A stretch of DNA of 24,000 nucleotides, from assembly GCA_963785515.1 (NCBI GenBank), contig CAWAVR010000038.1, positions 328,082 through 352,081 of the forward strand, given 5' to 3'. Shown piece by piece: positions 21,915-24,000 of the stretch. Source of the DNA: an uncultured Methanobacteriaceae archaeon. Lineage in GTDB: Archaea > Methanobacteriota > Methanobacteria > Methanobacteriales > Methanobacteriaceae. How positions within the stretch are numbered: the stretch's first letter is position 1; each line of letters starts with the position of its first letter. The notes beneath the pieces were generated by a model. The model saw nothing but the letters and a program-made list of their open reading frames with translations, made no database searches and was not told the origin of the DNA. Made by a program: the position numbers and the translations under genes.

Positions 21915-23302
21915 ATAAAATATTGGGAAAAAATGATAAAGATAAAAATGGCCTGGATCTTCGTAAAAAAGATAAAGATCCGGGGATGGATGTCAGTGAT
22001 CGTATTAAAAACATGGTTTCTAAGGCAACAAATGGATCAAGAGATCAAATCAATAAAATTAACTCTAACTCTAAATCAAATGGAGATGAGGGTGACAAAG
22101 GTGATAAAAGGAAAATACCAAGACCTATGCCTAAACCTCGCCCAAGAGATACTGGAAACGCCAGGTTGAAATCTCTCCAGAAACCTCCACAAGATAAAAA
22201 ACCAGACGGCATTGGTGGTATCTTACCTGGATTTGGAAGAAAAATTCCTGGCGGCGGAGGGTCTGGTGGTGGAGGTCCTGATGAAGATCAAAGAACTTTA
22301 GTAGGTGCCCTAGTTTTTGGACTTATATTAATTATACTAGTGGGAGCGGGTTATTACTTCTTAGTATACGCCCCTTATCAAGGTACATTAAATGATGCTA
22401 AACAATCCCAGATTAATTTGGTGAATCAATACTATTCCGGACCGTTAGCAACAGATCCTGAAAAACAAACCTTATTATCAGAAATTGAGAGTTCAGTGAC
22501 TCCCGACCAAGCATCAGCAATAAATGTGCTTGGGCCTGCAACTACTAGTTGGCAAGCATATCAAAATCAGCAAGTAAACACGCTAAAAGATAATTATAGC
22601 AGAGTACAGGTTTCCTATAGTAATGTAGGAACTCAAAAATCAATTATATTAAAAGTACCAGATGCTCAGGCATTAATTAGTCAATCCGATGCTTCTGTAT
22701 TGTCAAATATGATTATAAGTACACCGAATACCGAGGCCATCCCCCTTATACTAACTAGATTACAGGCAGCTGGTGGGGTAATAAATGTAGGCGATGCAGT
22801 AGACATCTATTTATCCTCTAATGGAACAACAACAGTACAATCAAATCAGACTAACCAAAGTAGTGGTACCACTCAAAGTGGTAGTACTCCTATAGTTAGT
22901 GGTGCAACAGTATTAGCAATTTTAAGATCAGAATCAGATAGTGGAACGATAACTGCTAATTTAACTGAAGCACAAAGTATTGCAGAGAATCAAATATCAT
23001 CTAGTAGTTCAACTTCTCAATCTTCAGACACGGATGTTGATCAACTATTAAGAGCAGCTGCATCTAATACATGGGATCCAACCACAATAAACTCTCTCTT
23101 AGATAATTATGGGTATAATTTAAATAATTTAGAAAGAGTCTCCAATCTTGGAGACCTCAATGCACAATACCTGATTATTTTAGAGATACCTCAACAGAAT
23201 GCACTATCTGTTATTCAAAACATGAATTCCTTACAGTTAGTAGTACCAACCCAAAGTGCGCCAACTTGGATGGCATCAGAATTACATTCAATATATGGTT
23301 AA
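21908..23302 (+). CDS. hypothetical single-pass membrane protein (disordered basic N-terminus, TM, S/T/Q/N-rich ectodomain)
   Basis: I chose the ATG at 21908 because it overlaps the pssA stop (ATGTTAG). The ORF-track extension back to 21776 lies inside pssA. About 130 aa of K/D/P/G-rich low complexity includes GGGGSGGGG. One TM follows (LVGALVFGLILIILVGAGYYFLVY, about nt 22298-22369), then about 310 aa of ectodomain. Confidence 0.7.
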   Translation: MLDKILGKNDKDKNGLDLRKKDKDPGMDVSDRIKNMVSKATNGSRDQINKINSNSKSNGDEGDKGDKRKIPRPMPKPRPRDTGNARLKSLQKPPQDKKPDGIGGILPGFGRKIPGGGGSGGGGPDEDQRTLVGALVFGLILIILVGAGYYFLVYAPYQGTLNDAKQSQINLVNQYYSGPLATDPEKQTLLSEIESSVTPDQASAINVLGPATTSWQAYQNQQVNTLKDNYSRVQVSYSNVGTQKSIILKVPDAQALISQSDASVLSNMIISTPNTEAIPLILTRLQAAGGVINVGDAVDIYLSSNGTTTVQSNQTNQSSGTTQSGSTPIVSGATVLAILRSESDSGTITANLTEAQSIAENQISSSSSTSQSSDTDVDQLLRAAASNTWDPTTINSLLDNYGYNLNNLERVSNLGDLNAQYLIILEIPQQNALSVIQNMNSLQLVVPTQSAPTWMASELHSIYG

Positions 23303-23483
23303 ATAATCCATAAAACTAGAAGATTGTAGGAACTCCTCCTTTAATCTCCACTTTTATAACATAATAAAATTAATAAATAAGTATGAATAAAAAATAGATA
23401 CATATAAATAATTAATACTGGCTATAACAAATTATGATTTTTTGATTATAGTTATGATATAAAATAGAGGAATGATAAAAGGG

Positions 23484-23488
23484 GGAGG
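23484..23488 (+). promoter_or_regulatory. Shine-Dalgarno (GGAGG) for the ORF starting at 23494
   Basis: GGGGGAGGAG at 23481-23490, with GGAGG 5 nt upstream of the ATG at 23494. Confidence 0.65.
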
Positions 23489-23493
23489 AGAAT

Positions 23494-24000
23494 ATGAATT
23501 TTAATAAAAATACAATAATAATAGTTTTTCTTTTTGCAATTATAGGTGCATTTGCTTTTGCAGACTCTTTAAACACAGTTTCAGCGGATAATTCCACGTG
23601 GATAGCTTATAATACTTCTAATGTTGGGCTTGCGGGTCTTATGGCCACCATTACTGTGACTATAAAAAATACTGGAAGTGTCCCTGAGTATTTCAAAATA
23701 AGTCAAATATATACTGGTTCTCTTCTTAATGGTACAATAAACTGGAATGTCACGGACCATCCGGGTGCAGAACCAATGATTGACAATGTTAATAATGCAA
23801 CGGGACCTGACTGGGGTTGGCAGGTTGCACCTGGTGAAACAAAGACAGTATCATTCACAGTTGCTGCAAATGGTGCTTTTGGAAATATACCATATTATAT
23901 TACAAATGCGAATGCTGTTCCTAATACATTTGATTTTTTAATACCTGATCTGGGCTTAGCTGCATCATGGTTCCACCCCGATCAGATACAAACGTTAAAT
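23494..24000 (+). CDS. secreted/cell-surface protein with a CARDB-like beta-sandwich pattern (3' partial)
   Basis: This ORF is not in the ORF track because it runs off the window. My manual translation gives 169 codons with no stop: MNFNKNTIIIVFLFAIIGAFAFADS (signal peptide), then ATITVTIKNTGSVPEYFKI ... VAPGETKTVSFTVAA. That pattern is typical of CARDB/adhesin-like domains. Several N-x-S/T sequons are present. Confidence 0.7.
   Translation, partial: MNFNKNTIIIVFLFAIIGAFAFADSLNTVSADNSTWIAYNTSNVGLAGLMATITVTIKNTGSVPEYFKISQIYTGSLLNGTINWNVTDHPGAEPMIDNVNNATGPDWGWQVAPGETKTVSFTVAANGAFGNIPYYITNANAVPNTFDFLIPDLGLAASWFHPDQIQTLN

Noticed and set aside
23412-23597. 61-aa minus-strand ORF
   Set aside because: It overlaps, in antisense, the SD and signal-peptide region of the much better supported plus-strand ORF starting at 23494.

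Overview
This is an AT-rich chromosomal segment from a methanogenic archaeon. Gene content and protein sequences look like Methanobacteriaceae, the pseudomurein-walled methanogens. Nearly all of it is densely packed housekeeping and cofactor metabolism. On the plus strand: the C-terminal part of a 2-oxoacid:ferredoxin oxidoreductase, an ATP-cone protein, ExoIII, gatD-gatE, a thioredoxin reductase, an endonuclease IV family protein and a single-module AAA ATPase. On the minus strand: an atwA / marker-9 / precorrin-2 dehydrogenase / hemA operon, then an MJ0144-like TIM-barrel gene, GTP cyclohydrolase III, cofD, cofE, purO, rnhB and an MreB homologue. The right end returns to the plus strand with psd-pssA. 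I found no tRNA, rRNA, CRISPR array, transposase, integrase or recognisable defence genes. The least explained part is the right third (18.4-24 kb). There an unknown 208-aa protein is translationally coupled to MreB. Divergently, psd-pssA is coupled by a start/stop overlap to an unknown single-pass membrane protein with a disordered basic N-terminus and a CpaB/RcpC-like ectodomain pattern. A secreted CARDB-like protein follows. I propose this as a candidate cell-shape/envelope module, but only from synteny and motifs. Other points worth a look are a possible ATT start codon on the MJ0144-like gene, the link between MCR activation and tetrapyrrole genes, and the architecture of marker protein 9. 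All homology calls come from motif recognition by eye, not database searches.
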